Origin: a virus
Direction: 5' to 3' (one strand)
DNA length: 64,000 nt
IMG/VR virus record: IMGVR_UViG_3300045256_000058
Location: 32,001-96,000 of that record
Shown: in pieces, positions 43,911-52,508 of the stretch
How positions within the stretch are numbered: the stretch's first letter is position 1
Layout: each line of letters opens with the position of its first letter
The notes under the pieces: generated by a model
What the model was told of the DNA's origin: nothing
Databases searched by the model: none
The model's input: only the letters and a program-made list of their open reading frames with translations
Program-made: the position numbers and the translations under genes

Positions 43911-44339
43911 ATGAAATTACTACAAAACAGCAATATCGCTAAATTCAACTTTGCCCAAGGTGCTGCAATTGGTGGAACTCTTGGTACATCACTAGGAATG
44001 GTAGGTGGTGGAGTACTAAATAGACAGCATATTATGAATAGTCTTACTCCAGAAGAACAACAACAGTATGATGATTCAGCTAATAGATTTAATACAGCTA
44101 CCGATGCTTTTCTGGCTAAAAATAGATTTAATATAGGAATTGCTACTCCAAATAGTGATGACCCATTAGCCAGAGACTTCGTAAATAGTGGTCAAGAGTT
44201 TTTAGATAACGACCAAGCAGTGACAAACAAATACTCTAATCCATACTTAACAATGGGATTACCTTTAGCTGGTGCAGCAGTGGGTGGAACACTAGGAGCA
44301 ATGGGTGCTGGTAAATATATTCGTGGATTGAAACGCTAA
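43911..44339 (+). CDS. Glycine-zipper protein (AxF family)
   Basis: 'NIAKFNFAQGAAIGGTLG...'; two GxxxG segments. Confidence 0.6.
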   Translation: MKLLQNSNIAKFNFAQGAAIGGTLGTSLGMVGGGVLNRQHIMNSLTPEEQQQYDDSANRFNTATDAFLAKNRFNIGIATPNSDDPLARDFVNSGQEFLDNDQAVTNKYSNPYLTMGLPLAGAAVGGTLGAMGAGKYIRGLKR

Positions 44340-46234
44340 CAGAATAGAGTATATTCAAATTCTCTATCTAACTGCCAGTAGTAATCCCATACCTGGGCAT
44401 CGAGTATATCATTTGCCCCACCTATGAGTCCAAATCTCATTGCAGGTAGAATAAAGTTTTTATGATAACGTGCATATTCTGTAACACGTACACTGTTTAC
44501 TATGCCTTTTAGATTTATATCGATAGTATTGATGTCAATTGTAGTAATAGGGTCATCTGCTGTATAAGTAATAGGAGTCTGAGCAATACCGTTTACAAAG
44601 AATAATACTGTATGACCGTTGCGTACTAAAGCTAAATGATTATACTCAGTCTCCCTGTCAATAAAGTAGTTAAAAGCATTTGGATACACATAAGTATTAC
44701 TACCTAATGTAATTGTAATAGCTGTATTTTGAAAGATTGTGGGGTTATCTGTTTCGTAAGCAGCTATTTCACCAGTATAAGTAATCGATAAATCATCATC
44801 AGTTAGAAAATAATTATGAGTAATCGAGCTATCGCTTACAAAGTCTGATTTAAGCGGATAGTTAACAAATAGTTCAATAGTAAAATTGCTATCTAAAGTA
44901 ATCGGAGTACTGGCTGCAACATGAATGTAATTGCTATCACTAGAGAACTCAGCTACTTTTTCTTGAATACCAAATGTATATACTGGAATAGCTCGATTTG
45001 TAGTAGTTGTTGTAACTGTATTGGTGTCTAAATCTGATTTATCAGCACTCCATATTCTACTCGTTGAAACTTCTGGTTCAAAGTTAAGTAATAGCTGCAC
45101 ATAATCAAAGTAATCATCGTACAGCCCAGCTTTATCAAAGGTCTGTACTCTAGGATAACGACTTTTATCGTATCGATAAGCAGGTATACCACCTTCACCT
45201 ACTGCTGCCATATTAAGAGCTGTCGCAGTAATGTAACTTGTAGTTGTAATTACTGGAGATAGTCCAGTAGTAGCAGTTTTTTGTACAGTAATGGTTATTA
45301 AATCTGTTTTACCTGTTCCAGATAGTAATATAGACTTACCATCCTCGTACTTAATATTTTCTAACCCACCGATTAATATCACACCAGTATCTTGACGTAT
45401 CTCAAGTATCATTACTGCCGTTGTATTGTTCTTTAGATTAAAGATTGGAGTAAGTATGCATGTCGCATTAGTACCTAGTGGTACACCATTTACTATGTAA
45501 TAGTCTGCCTCAGCATAATCTAATTCAAGTATCGGTGTATTTGCGATAACAGTTTTTACTCGGTAAGAGCTATTGTATATGTAATTGCTATTAGCATTTA
45601 GATTTCCACCTAATGCAGGAGATGTATCTCTTACAATTTGCAAATCCATATTCTCCCAGACTAAATCCTCGTTTAGCATCAGTAATTGGTACTTAGTTTC
45701 TGGGTCTGTAATATTTACATCATCTAAATTTTGTAATTGATTGACTCTTAAACGAGTACTAAACTTTCCTGTGTCATGGTTGTAAACAAGAGTATGATTA
45801 TCCTGTGCTTCTGACTCTAACTCATGTAATGGATTAGCTATATCTACATCTAGTAACTCAAATAATGAGTAAGTAGGATGAAAATTTCTAAATGATAAAT
45901 ACAATGGGTCGTATCTAACATAATCACCAGATGCAGGATTATTGATTTCTACGTCAGCAAGACTACTAATACTACCGATGGTGTTAGTAGCTACAAACTT
46001 ATTACCTTGTTGAATAATGAAACTACCATCTACTGCATTCGTAAGGTCTAAATCTTCTAGCTCAGATAACTTAGTTACACCTTTACCTAACTCTACTATC
46101 TTCCCATCTAACGTTTTGGTATATAACGTACCTACCTCACCAGCAATTGAAAGACATAGTTCACCTACTGCTACTTCATGAGGTAGAGGTGCATCTGTAG
46201 AAAAACCGTGTTTAATAATTTGATTGGTAGTCAT
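44336..46234 (-). CDS. Tail fibre protein with C-terminal LamG domain
   Basis: 'AVGELCL...LYTK' N-terminal motif, 'L.DV.I.NP' repeats, 'DTSPALGGNLNAN' and 'NFTIELF...SVRVTEYARY'. Confidence 0.75.
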   Translation of the reverse strand: MTTNQIIKHGFSTDAPLPHEVAVGELCLSIAGEVGTLYTKTLDGKIVELGKGVTKLSELEDLDLTNAVDGSFIIQQGNKFVATNTIGSISSLADVEINNPASGDYVRYDPLYLSFRNFHPTYSLFELLDVDIANPLHELESEAQDNHTLVYNHDTGKFSTRLRVNQLQNLDDVNITDPETKYQLLMLNEDLVWENMDLQIVRDTSPALGGNLNANSNYIYNSSYRVKTVIANTPILELDYAEADYYIVNGVPLGTNATCILTPIFNLKNNTTAVMILEIRQDTGVILIGGLENIKYEDGKSILLSGTGKTDLITITVQKTATTGLSPVITTTSYITATALNMAAVGEGGIPAYRYDKSRYPRVQTFDKAGLYDDYFDYVQLLLNFEPEVSTSRIWSADKSDLDTNTVTTTTTNRAIPVYTFGIQEKVAEFSSDSNYIHVAASTPITLDSNFTIELFVNYPLKSDFVSDSSITHNYFLTDDDLSITYTGEIAAYETDNPTIFQNTAITITLGSNTYVYPNAFNYFIDRETEYNHLALVRNGHTVLFFVNGIAQTPITYTADDPITTIDINTIDINLKGIVNSVRVTEYARYHKNFILPAMRFGLIGGANDILDAQVWDYYWQLDREFEYTLFC

Positions 46235-46235
46235 G

Positions 46236-47810
46236 TTAATCAGCTAATACATCTTTACCGTATTTTTGTAGTAGATAACTATTCTGTGAGTTAGATGTAT
46301 TACCCCTTACTGCTCGGTCAATTAAATCTAAATCAGTAGCATCACTTATTTGTTTTCGTCTATCACCAAGCTTTAGAATATTATCGGCTGCCATTTGTTG
46401 AGTACTAAATCCTTTACGTGCTTTACGTCCTTTCCAATATCCTTCATCAAAAGGTCTAGCTGCTTTAGATTGTTGGTAATCATCTTTAATTATCTTTCTA
46501 CCTTCAAGACCAGTTACCGTATCTTCAAGTATCAAATTGTTTTTATTATATGGTGAATGTATTGATTCTCTAAAGCCCTCGATACTCTGTCTACGACTTT
46601 GACCCTTTAAGTTTTGTAATCTAGGTCTTGTTGATATGAATTCATAATAATCAGACATCTTTGGTTGTTGAAGTGGTTCAACCATATCATGTAACGAGTG
46701 ATGTTGTAGTCCAATATTTGTAGTATCTAAGTCACGTCTTACATTTGCTTGCAACTTACTTCTTTTTAACCAATTTATAGCCGAATCCTTGAGTGCTGGT
46801 AGCCATTCTTGAGTACTAATAATTCCTCTTCGTCTAGCAAAGTTAGCAGTATCAGACATATAGCTAAATAATCCCCCTCTCATCTTTATATTGAAAGGTG
46901 TACGACTATACTTTCTAGCTAACTCGGTAATACGGTCTTTGAATCTGCCTCTTTCAGAGTATAACTCATTACCTTCTGCAATACTATCTAATAATGGATT
47001 TACCATATGTTCAGGTATAGGACGAATACTTAACTCATCACTAATTACATCTGGTTCACTATGTTCTGCAATTTGAGACAGTATATTTTTTGCTGATTGT
47101 TTATGTGCGGTAATTTCAGGGGCTATACCTTTTAATCTTCTTTGCCAATACTTGTTACCTGTTACATCAAAATGTTGAGTAGGTACAGTTTTATACTTAG
47201 GAGGAGTCAATGGAGCATCTATATTACTTAGGTCAATAATATCTAAAGGCTGTAGCTCTTGTCTTGTTCCATGAGTAGGTAAGACTAAGTTCGGTGCAAT
47301 GGGTCTACCTTTATCTATATCTTCACCTAGAGTAGAAAAGTTAGCAGTTTTAGACATATAACTATATGAAAATTTGTTTAACATAACTTTAGACATAGGA
47401 TAACTACCTGGAGCTAATCCATTCTTTTTCTCTACACTATATTTGCCTAAACCTAGTAACGATTGATAGGCTTGTTGAGCAATGGGGTCAGTATTATGTG
47501 CCGCCATTGTATCTCCAACTACACCTGTTTGAACAGATTTAGGTAAAGGTAATCCTTGTAGTATGCCATCCTCTAAATATCGAGCAGCAGCTTCACCTTC
47601 ATTAGATAGAGAGATAGGGTTTTGGCGGCTTAATGAAATCGGGGCACTATGAGAGTAGTCATGAAATGAAGTCTTAAATAAAGGCTTGCCACTACGGTTA
47701 AGAGATGCTTCATTCTCAGCAGTAAACCATCTTTTCTTATCTTTATTGATTTGTATTAGTTTATTTCTAACTTCGGGAGCTAAGTCTCGAATACGAGGCA
47801 TTATAGGCAT
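46236..47810 (-). CDS. Putative three-module internal head polyprotein
   Basis: Two near-identical linkers, FSYSYMSKTANF and FSYMSDTANF. Confidence 0.6.
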   Translation of the reverse strand: MPIMPRIRDLAPEVRNKLIQINKDKKRWFTAENEASLNRSGKPLFKTSFHDYSHSAPISLSRQNPISLSNEGEAAARYLEDGILQGLPLPKSVQTGVVGDTMAAHNTDPIAQQAYQSLLGLGKYSVEKKNGLAPGSYPMSKVMLNKFSYSYMSKTANFSTLGEDIDKGRPIAPNLVLPTHGTRQELQPLDIIDLSNIDAPLTPPKYKTVPTQHFDVTGNKYWQRRLKGIAPEITAHKQSAKNILSQIAEHSEPDVISDELSIRPIPEHMVNPLLDSIAEGNELYSERGRFKDRITELARKYSRTPFNIKMRGGLFSYMSDTANFARRRGIISTQEWLPALKDSAINWLKRSKLQANVRRDLDTTNIGLQHHSLHDMVEPLQQPKMSDYYEFISTRPRLQNLKGQSRRQSIEGFRESIHSPYNKNNLILEDTVTGLEGRKIIKDDYQQSKAARPFDEGYWKGRKARKGFSTQQMAADNILKLGDRRKQISDATDLDLIDRAVRGNTSNSQNSYLLQKYGKDVLAD

Positions 47811-48943
47811 TAAATTATATCCTCTAAGTCTTCTAAATCTCGTAAGTTATGTTGTAGATTTCTTGGTCTATTAGGTACATTAAGTCTTCTATTTGCTACA
47901 TAAGCACCAGCTTCAGTAAGCGCATTCTGGTCATCGAACATACGAGTACCCATGTAGTTACCTAGAGGTACTTCCATAAATCCATTTACTTTAGGAAATC
48001 CTACATATTGATTAGCAGATGGGTCAAATCTAATATCTGTGTAGTTTTCAAATCTTTGTTTGTTCTTAATTGTATCCAGATTTCGACGTGATTGCTCCTC
48101 GGCTAGTTCTCCGGCATTATTTAGTTGGTAGTCAATAGCACCTCTACCTCTACCTCTGAGTACACCTCTGAAACTAGGACTGTTGTTATTGCTTCCATGT
48201 ACTAATTGCTGCCTACCTAAGTTTTCTAACCAGGCATTCTTTTTTATTTTATTTAGAGGATTACCAAATGTAATCGTTCGATGCATGTAGCTAAAAGTTC
48301 GTCTAGAATCGTAACCAACTAAGAAAGCTTTTTCGGCAGGAGTATCTTCAAAATCTTCTTTTAGTAGATTAAATCCTTTGTGCTTATTTAAGTTTGACCT
48401 TGATGCATTTTCAATTGCGTTATTATAGTCAATTAATTGAGACTGAGGTTTTGTTTTACCTACATTAGATACAACTATATTTCTAGGAGCTAAATCTGTA
48501 TGTAATATATTGGCTTCATCAAGCAGTCTATTACGTTGTCTAGCTGTTCTATGTCCTAAATAGTACATTTGTTTTGGTGATAAAGTTTTATCATTCATAA
48601 GATGATTAAGACTTTTACCACCATACTCTTGTACAAAACCATATTCATCTCCATGCTTATGTGTTCCATAAATTTTAGGAGAAATACCTAAATCGGCTGC
48701 TCTTGAAGTTATATCTCTTTCAGTATTTATGTCAGCGATACTGCCATCTCTATATGTCTTGACAGTTTTTTGTACACGATTTTGACTAGGTGAATAATAA
48801 ACATTTCGTGTACCTTGTTGTAACTTGACTGGATAAGGAGATGTGGATACCGTATCCATATAAGGAACACGTCTTCTTACTGCATCGACTCCTGTTTGAA
48901 GTAAACCTCTAAAATTATTTTTTATGTTATCAAAATTAGGCAT
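47810..48943 (-). CDS. Protein kinase-like (RIO/Bud32/APH-type fold) domain fused to a second module
   Basis: 'ISPKIYG', 'FVQEYGG', catalytic loop 'HTDLAPRNIVV' and 'LIDYN'; linker 'FSYMHRTITF'. Confidence 0.7.
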   Translation of the reverse strand: MPNFDNIKNNFRGLLQTGVDAVRRRVPYMDTVSTSPYPVKLQQGTRNVYYSPSQNRVQKTVKTYRDGSIADINTERDITSRAADLGISPKIYGTHKHGDEYGFVQEYGGKSLNHLMNDKTLSPKQMYYLGHRTARQRNRLLDEANILHTDLAPRNIVVSNVGKTKPQSQLIDYNNAIENASRSNLNKHKGFNLLKEDFEDTPAEKAFLVGYDSRRTFSYMHRTITFGNPLNKIKKNAWLENLGRQQLVHGSNNNSPSFRGVLRGRGRGAIDYQLNNAGELAEEQSRRNLDTIKNKQRFENYTDIRFDPSANQYVGFPKVNGFMEVPLGNYMGTRMFDDQNALTEAGAYVANRRLNVPNRPRNLQHNLRDLEDLEDII

Positions 48944-48947
48944 TAGT

Positions 48948-50645
48948 CTACCACTCTAGAGTTCTTAAATCATCTGCATGAGGAAAGTCACTAAAGATTT
49001 CAATACTGTTATGGTCTAATTTATCAATAGTATTTGTATTGATACCCATTTCTTTGAATCTAGCCTTAGTCCAATCATCTTCAGCTATTTTTATTTTAGC
49101 TCCTTTAGTAATGAAACCTACTGACTCATTTCCAAATTCAGCAAGATACTGAACACCATATGCTATACAATCTACGATGTCATCATGAGAACCAATAGGG
49201 AATGACTTAAGTTCAGCTTTAATTGCTGCGGGGTCATATGTAGTTTCAAGCTTTAAGTCTGTTTGAAAAGGATTATAGATAACTATCTTCTTATCTCTGA
49301 AGTAGGTAAGGATGGAACCAAGTCTTTGTTCCTTACTACCACCAAATTTACGTGGGTCAAAAGCATAGATATTGTTTATCTCTCTTTCTAATAGAGACAT
49401 TGCAGCATGACCATTTGCTTTAGCTTCAATACCGATACGACTCTTTGGATACTTCTTCTTTAATTTTCTAATTGCATCTAATTGCTCAGGAATACTACAT
49501 TTGTTTCGATACATATCTACAATGTAGTACTTGTCATCCATCTTACATAGAACTAATCCAACTGTATATGAAGAAGTAGGAGATTCATTAAAGCTTAAAT
49601 CCCATACAGTCATCATCGTACTGTAGTTAATAGGTCTAGCATCTGTTTCTATAAGCCATTCTTCTTTGATTAAGTTACCGTCACCAGTTGCAGTAGGGTC
49701 TTGTTGATAACGAGTGTTATAAATAATTGGATTCTTTGCTTGCGCTGATAGAAAACTGTCAGGTAAACGATGAGGGTCTAGTAATTCGTTACGTACTTTA
49801 CGAATATCATTAAACTTAATCGGACTAACAAATGTTTTCTCAGGTATATATTTAGCAGGAAGACTTAATAGGAACCAACCCTGGTCGCCATAGGTTTCCA
49901 TAATGTAACCAGTAATATCGTTTTCTGCAAGTCTTTGCATTACAAGAATAATTACATCATTGTTTACATCATTTGAACGGTTTAAGAATGTCTGAGTAAA
50001 CCAATCATTAACTCCTTTAATCATGTTTGGATTATTTGATTCTTCAGAGTCAAGTATGTCATCAAGTATTGCAACTGTGTATCCAGTTCCTAGTACTTTC
50101 GATGTAGGAGAACAACCAAGAATATATCCATTCATATCATTATCGATACGCTTCTTGGTATTACTATCTGTAGCTAATGAGTATCTGAAGTAATCTTCAT
50201 TTTTAGGGTCACACCATCTGTCTTTGTAAAGAGGATGCTCAAGAATACGTCTACCATAAATAATGTTCTGCATGAATAGACGTTCAGAGTGAGAAGCTAA
50301 CCAGAATTTCTCTTGAGGATGATTTATCCACCACCATACAGGAGCAGTAATAGAAGCAGTAGTTGATTTACTACTACGTGGAGGAATATTAATGATTAGT
50401 CTTCGTATGTTTCTATTGAGTGCAGCTTGTATATGTTCGCATAAGCATTCAATGTGCCAGTTATTTACAAGAGGTTGAGGGTCAAAGGTATTCCAAAAAT
50501 TAATGAAGAATTGATATAGACTTCTTTCTGATTTTTCATACATTTCTTCTTGAAGTAACTCTTCAAGCATAAAGAGTTCTTCATCAAACTTCTCATCATA
50601 AAAGCCAGGGTCATCAGGTGTAAGTATTTTCTTAGGCATAGTCAA
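48948..50645 (-). CDS. terL: Terminase large subunit
   Basis: 'RLIINIPPRSSKS' P-loop, 'ILDD' Walker B, 'YQQDP', nuclease motifs 'WDLSF', 'IEAKANG' and 'FPIGSHDDIVD'. Confidence 0.93.
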   Translation of the reverse strand: MTMPKKILTPDDPGFYDEKFDEELFMLEELLQEEMYEKSERSLYQFFINFWNTFDPQPLVNNWHIECLCEHIQAALNRNIRRLIINIPPRSSKSTTASITAPVWWWINHPQEKFWLASHSERLFMQNIIYGRRILEHPLYKDRWCDPKNEDYFRYSLATDSNTKKRIDNDMNGYILGCSPTSKVLGTGYTVAILDDILDSEESNNPNMIKGVNDWFTQTFLNRSNDVNNDVIILVMQRLAENDITGYIMETYGDQGWFLLSLPAKYIPEKTFVSPIKFNDIRKVRNELLDPHRLPDSFLSAQAKNPIIYNTRYQQDPTATGDGNLIKEEWLIETDARPINYSTMMTVWDLSFNESPTSSYTVGLVLCKMDDKYYIVDMYRNKCSIPEQLDAIRKLKKKYPKSRIGIEAKANGHAAMSLLEREINNIYAFDPRKFGGSKEQRLGSILTYFRDKKIVIYNPFQTDLKLETTYDPAAIKAELKSFPIGSHDDIVDCIAYGVQYLAEFGNESVGFITKGAKIKIAEDDWTKARFKEMGINTNTIDKLDHNSIEIFSDFPHADDLRTLEW

Positions 50646-50710
50646 TGTTCATAGGTTGTAGTATATCTTATAATATTACTATGAATTTACTTTTAGAGAC
50701 AGAATAGACT

Positions 50711-51304
50711 ATGGTATTACCTCTTTCTTTACCTTTCATGAGTCTTGGCTGGGCAAATCGAGCAAGACTTGTAAAAGAAAACAAAGCATTACAACAACAG
50801 CTAATGCATAATGCAAAAAGCTTACAAGATATTTCCAATCCATTTTCTAACCTACTTCCTAAGTTAGGAGTTGCTGGTGTAGGATTAGCTGGAGCAAAGG
50901 TAGCATCAGATACTATCTCTTCTCCTAAACAAAGACAACAAATGGCTAGTATGGCAGAAGACTTACCTACTGGTTACATACCTAGATATAACTATGCAGC
51001 TAATCGAAGCACTGACTTCTCATTTGCGGCATCAGGTAATGGAGTTACTGCTAACTTCTTTGACCCTCTCACTATGCTTATGGGATTAGAGAATGGTGCA
51101 GCATCTTTGCATTGGAATCTAAAGAATGGTAAGTTACGAAATACTAATAAGATGCTAGAACAAGAGTTACTTCGTAAAAGAGCAAATAGTAACAAAACAT
51201 TAGGTGCAATTGGTATAGGAACTGCGGCACTTGCTACTCCTGCGTTAGCATATATGAATGGCAGAAAACCAAGCAATAGTAATCAGTATTCATCTGCGAT
51301 GTAA
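50711..51304 (+). CDS. Two-repeat putative polyprotein (AxF family)
   Basis: Two homologous units joined by 'YNY...TDFSF...VTANFF'. Confidence 0.6.
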   Translation: MVLPLSLPFMSLGWANRARLVKENKALQQQLMHNAKSLQDISNPFSNLLPKLGVAGVGLAGAKVASDTISSPKQRQQMASMAEDLPTGYIPRYNYAANRSTDFSFAASGNGVTANFFDPLTMLMGLENGAASLHWNLKNGKLRNTNKMLEQELLRKRANSNKTLGAIGIGTAALATPALAYMNGRKPSNSNQYSSAM

Positions 51305-51332
51305 TCAGCAGTATTCATCTGCGATGTAATCA
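51284..51332 (+). repeat. 24-bp tandem duplication spanning the stop codon
   Basis: CAGTATTCATCTGCGATGTAATCA at 51284-51307 and 51309-51332. Confidence 0.9.
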
Positions 51333-51350
51333 ATCTTTACCAACTGAAAC

Positions 51351-51379
51351 TGGATATTAGAGAGTAATGGTGTTAGTAT
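51351..51379 (+). promoter_or_regulatory. Putative sigma70-like promoter for the structured RNA
   Basis: TGGATA-17 bp-TAGTAT with an extended TG. Confidence 0.4.
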
Positions 51380-51384
51380 ATAGA

Positions 51385-51850
51385 TAGGTAGCAAATGAAG
51401 GTGCTAACCTATGGTACTCAGAAATGATACCTAAAGGTCTTAGGTGGGAAGCACATGAAGCATTCAGTTAGGAATAGTCAAGCTAACAAGAATGATATAC
51501 CACTTCCTAAATTAGCAAGTCCTATAGAAAGGATAGAAAACAGATAGCAGCCTAACGCCAGTACATCCTTCACCTCTCTCATGGCATTGAGAAGTAAGAG
51601 GTTTACATAAAATTTTACATCCCCTCTTAGTAAGGGGTTAGGGAAACCTAGTACCTACGATAGGAAATGATACTATATGCGTACCTGTAGCTATTAGGTT
51701 GCTAATGTATTAAGTTGCTTCCGAGGTTACGAGACTACCAGAGAAGGTAGTTGAGTAAGTGAGAGATAGAATGAATGTTTGAAAGAGCATTAAGGAAATA
51801 TACACAGATAAGATGGTAAGATGTTTGCGATATTAGCGAACATCTTTTTA
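51385..51850 (+). ncRNA. Candidate structured ncRNA, ~465 nt
   Basis: ORF-free; many stems, GAAA tetraloops and an 11-bp long-range helix (51545-55/51694-704); ends in a terminator. Confidence 0.65.
51818..51849 (+). terminator. Intrinsic terminator
   Basis: AAGATGTTTGC-N7-GCGAACATCTT-TTT. Confidence 0.7.
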
Positions 51851-51892
51851 GTAAATGTAGGTTTTTCGGCTTTAGATATTCGAATAGCTAGT

Positions 51893-52468
51893 TCAAATAA
51901 TAAAGTGTAAGTTAGACGGTATATTCGGAAACTTATTTCTTTGTATTCTATATAGTCGGTCTAAAGATGATGTAGCTCCAGCAATCATATGATTCTGAGT
52001 TGGATTATTATTAGCATGATTTATCATAGTTTCTATCATTCCTTTAGCTCCGTAATTCTTATATTTAGGATGAGTTACAGTTTCTCCCCACATTTCAAAG
52101 CCATCGGTAGAATGAAGTGAGTAAGGAGTAGAGTAATCTCTCATTCCAGTCATTTTACGTAACCCAATAGTTGTTGGTTTACCTTCTATTGAAGTAGTTA
52201 GAGGTATTGTTTGATGTAATACTCCTCCTCCCATACTTAATGTTGGAGAAACAGGAGAAGTTAGCATACCTTGTGTATACTTTTTAGCTAACTTAGCATT
52301 TTCATATCGAGGATTTAGTGGATGGTTAGGTAAATCTATTCCTGGTTCATTATCACCAAAGTCTCTAAGTATCTCTGTATACTTATTGTCTAATCCTCTA
52401 GCATATTTTCTAACTACTCTGTCATTCATTGGAACGAATGCAAAGGTAGCCATATAATAGTATCTCAT
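51893..52468 (-). CDS. Hypothetical protein, weak GNAT-like C-terminus; AxF-type N-terminus
   Basis: 'YMATFAF' start; 'VTHPKYKNYGAKGMIETMINHA' resembles GNAT motif A. Confidence 0.45.
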   Translation of the reverse strand: MRYYYMATFAFVPMNDRVVRKYARGLDNKYTEILRDFGDNEPGIDLPNHPLNPRYENAKLAKKYTQGMLTSPVSPTLSMGGGVLHQTIPLTTSIEGKPTTIGLRKMTGMRDYSTPYSLHSTDGFEMWGETVTHPKYKNYGAKGMIETMINHANNNPTQNHMIAGATSSLDRLYRIQRNKFPNIPSNLHFII

Positions 52469-52508
52469 TTAGTGTATTTCCTTAGTGTGTAAATAGATGT
52501 ATATGATA

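Noticed and set aside
1800-50700. TTTTAG upstream of several late genes as a late promoter
   Set aside because: Too short and AT-rich, with inconsistent orientation, to support by eye
51385-51850. Group I intron interpretation
   Set aside because: Only loose Q/R-like words, no S element or P7 partner, no interrupted gene, and it has its own terminator
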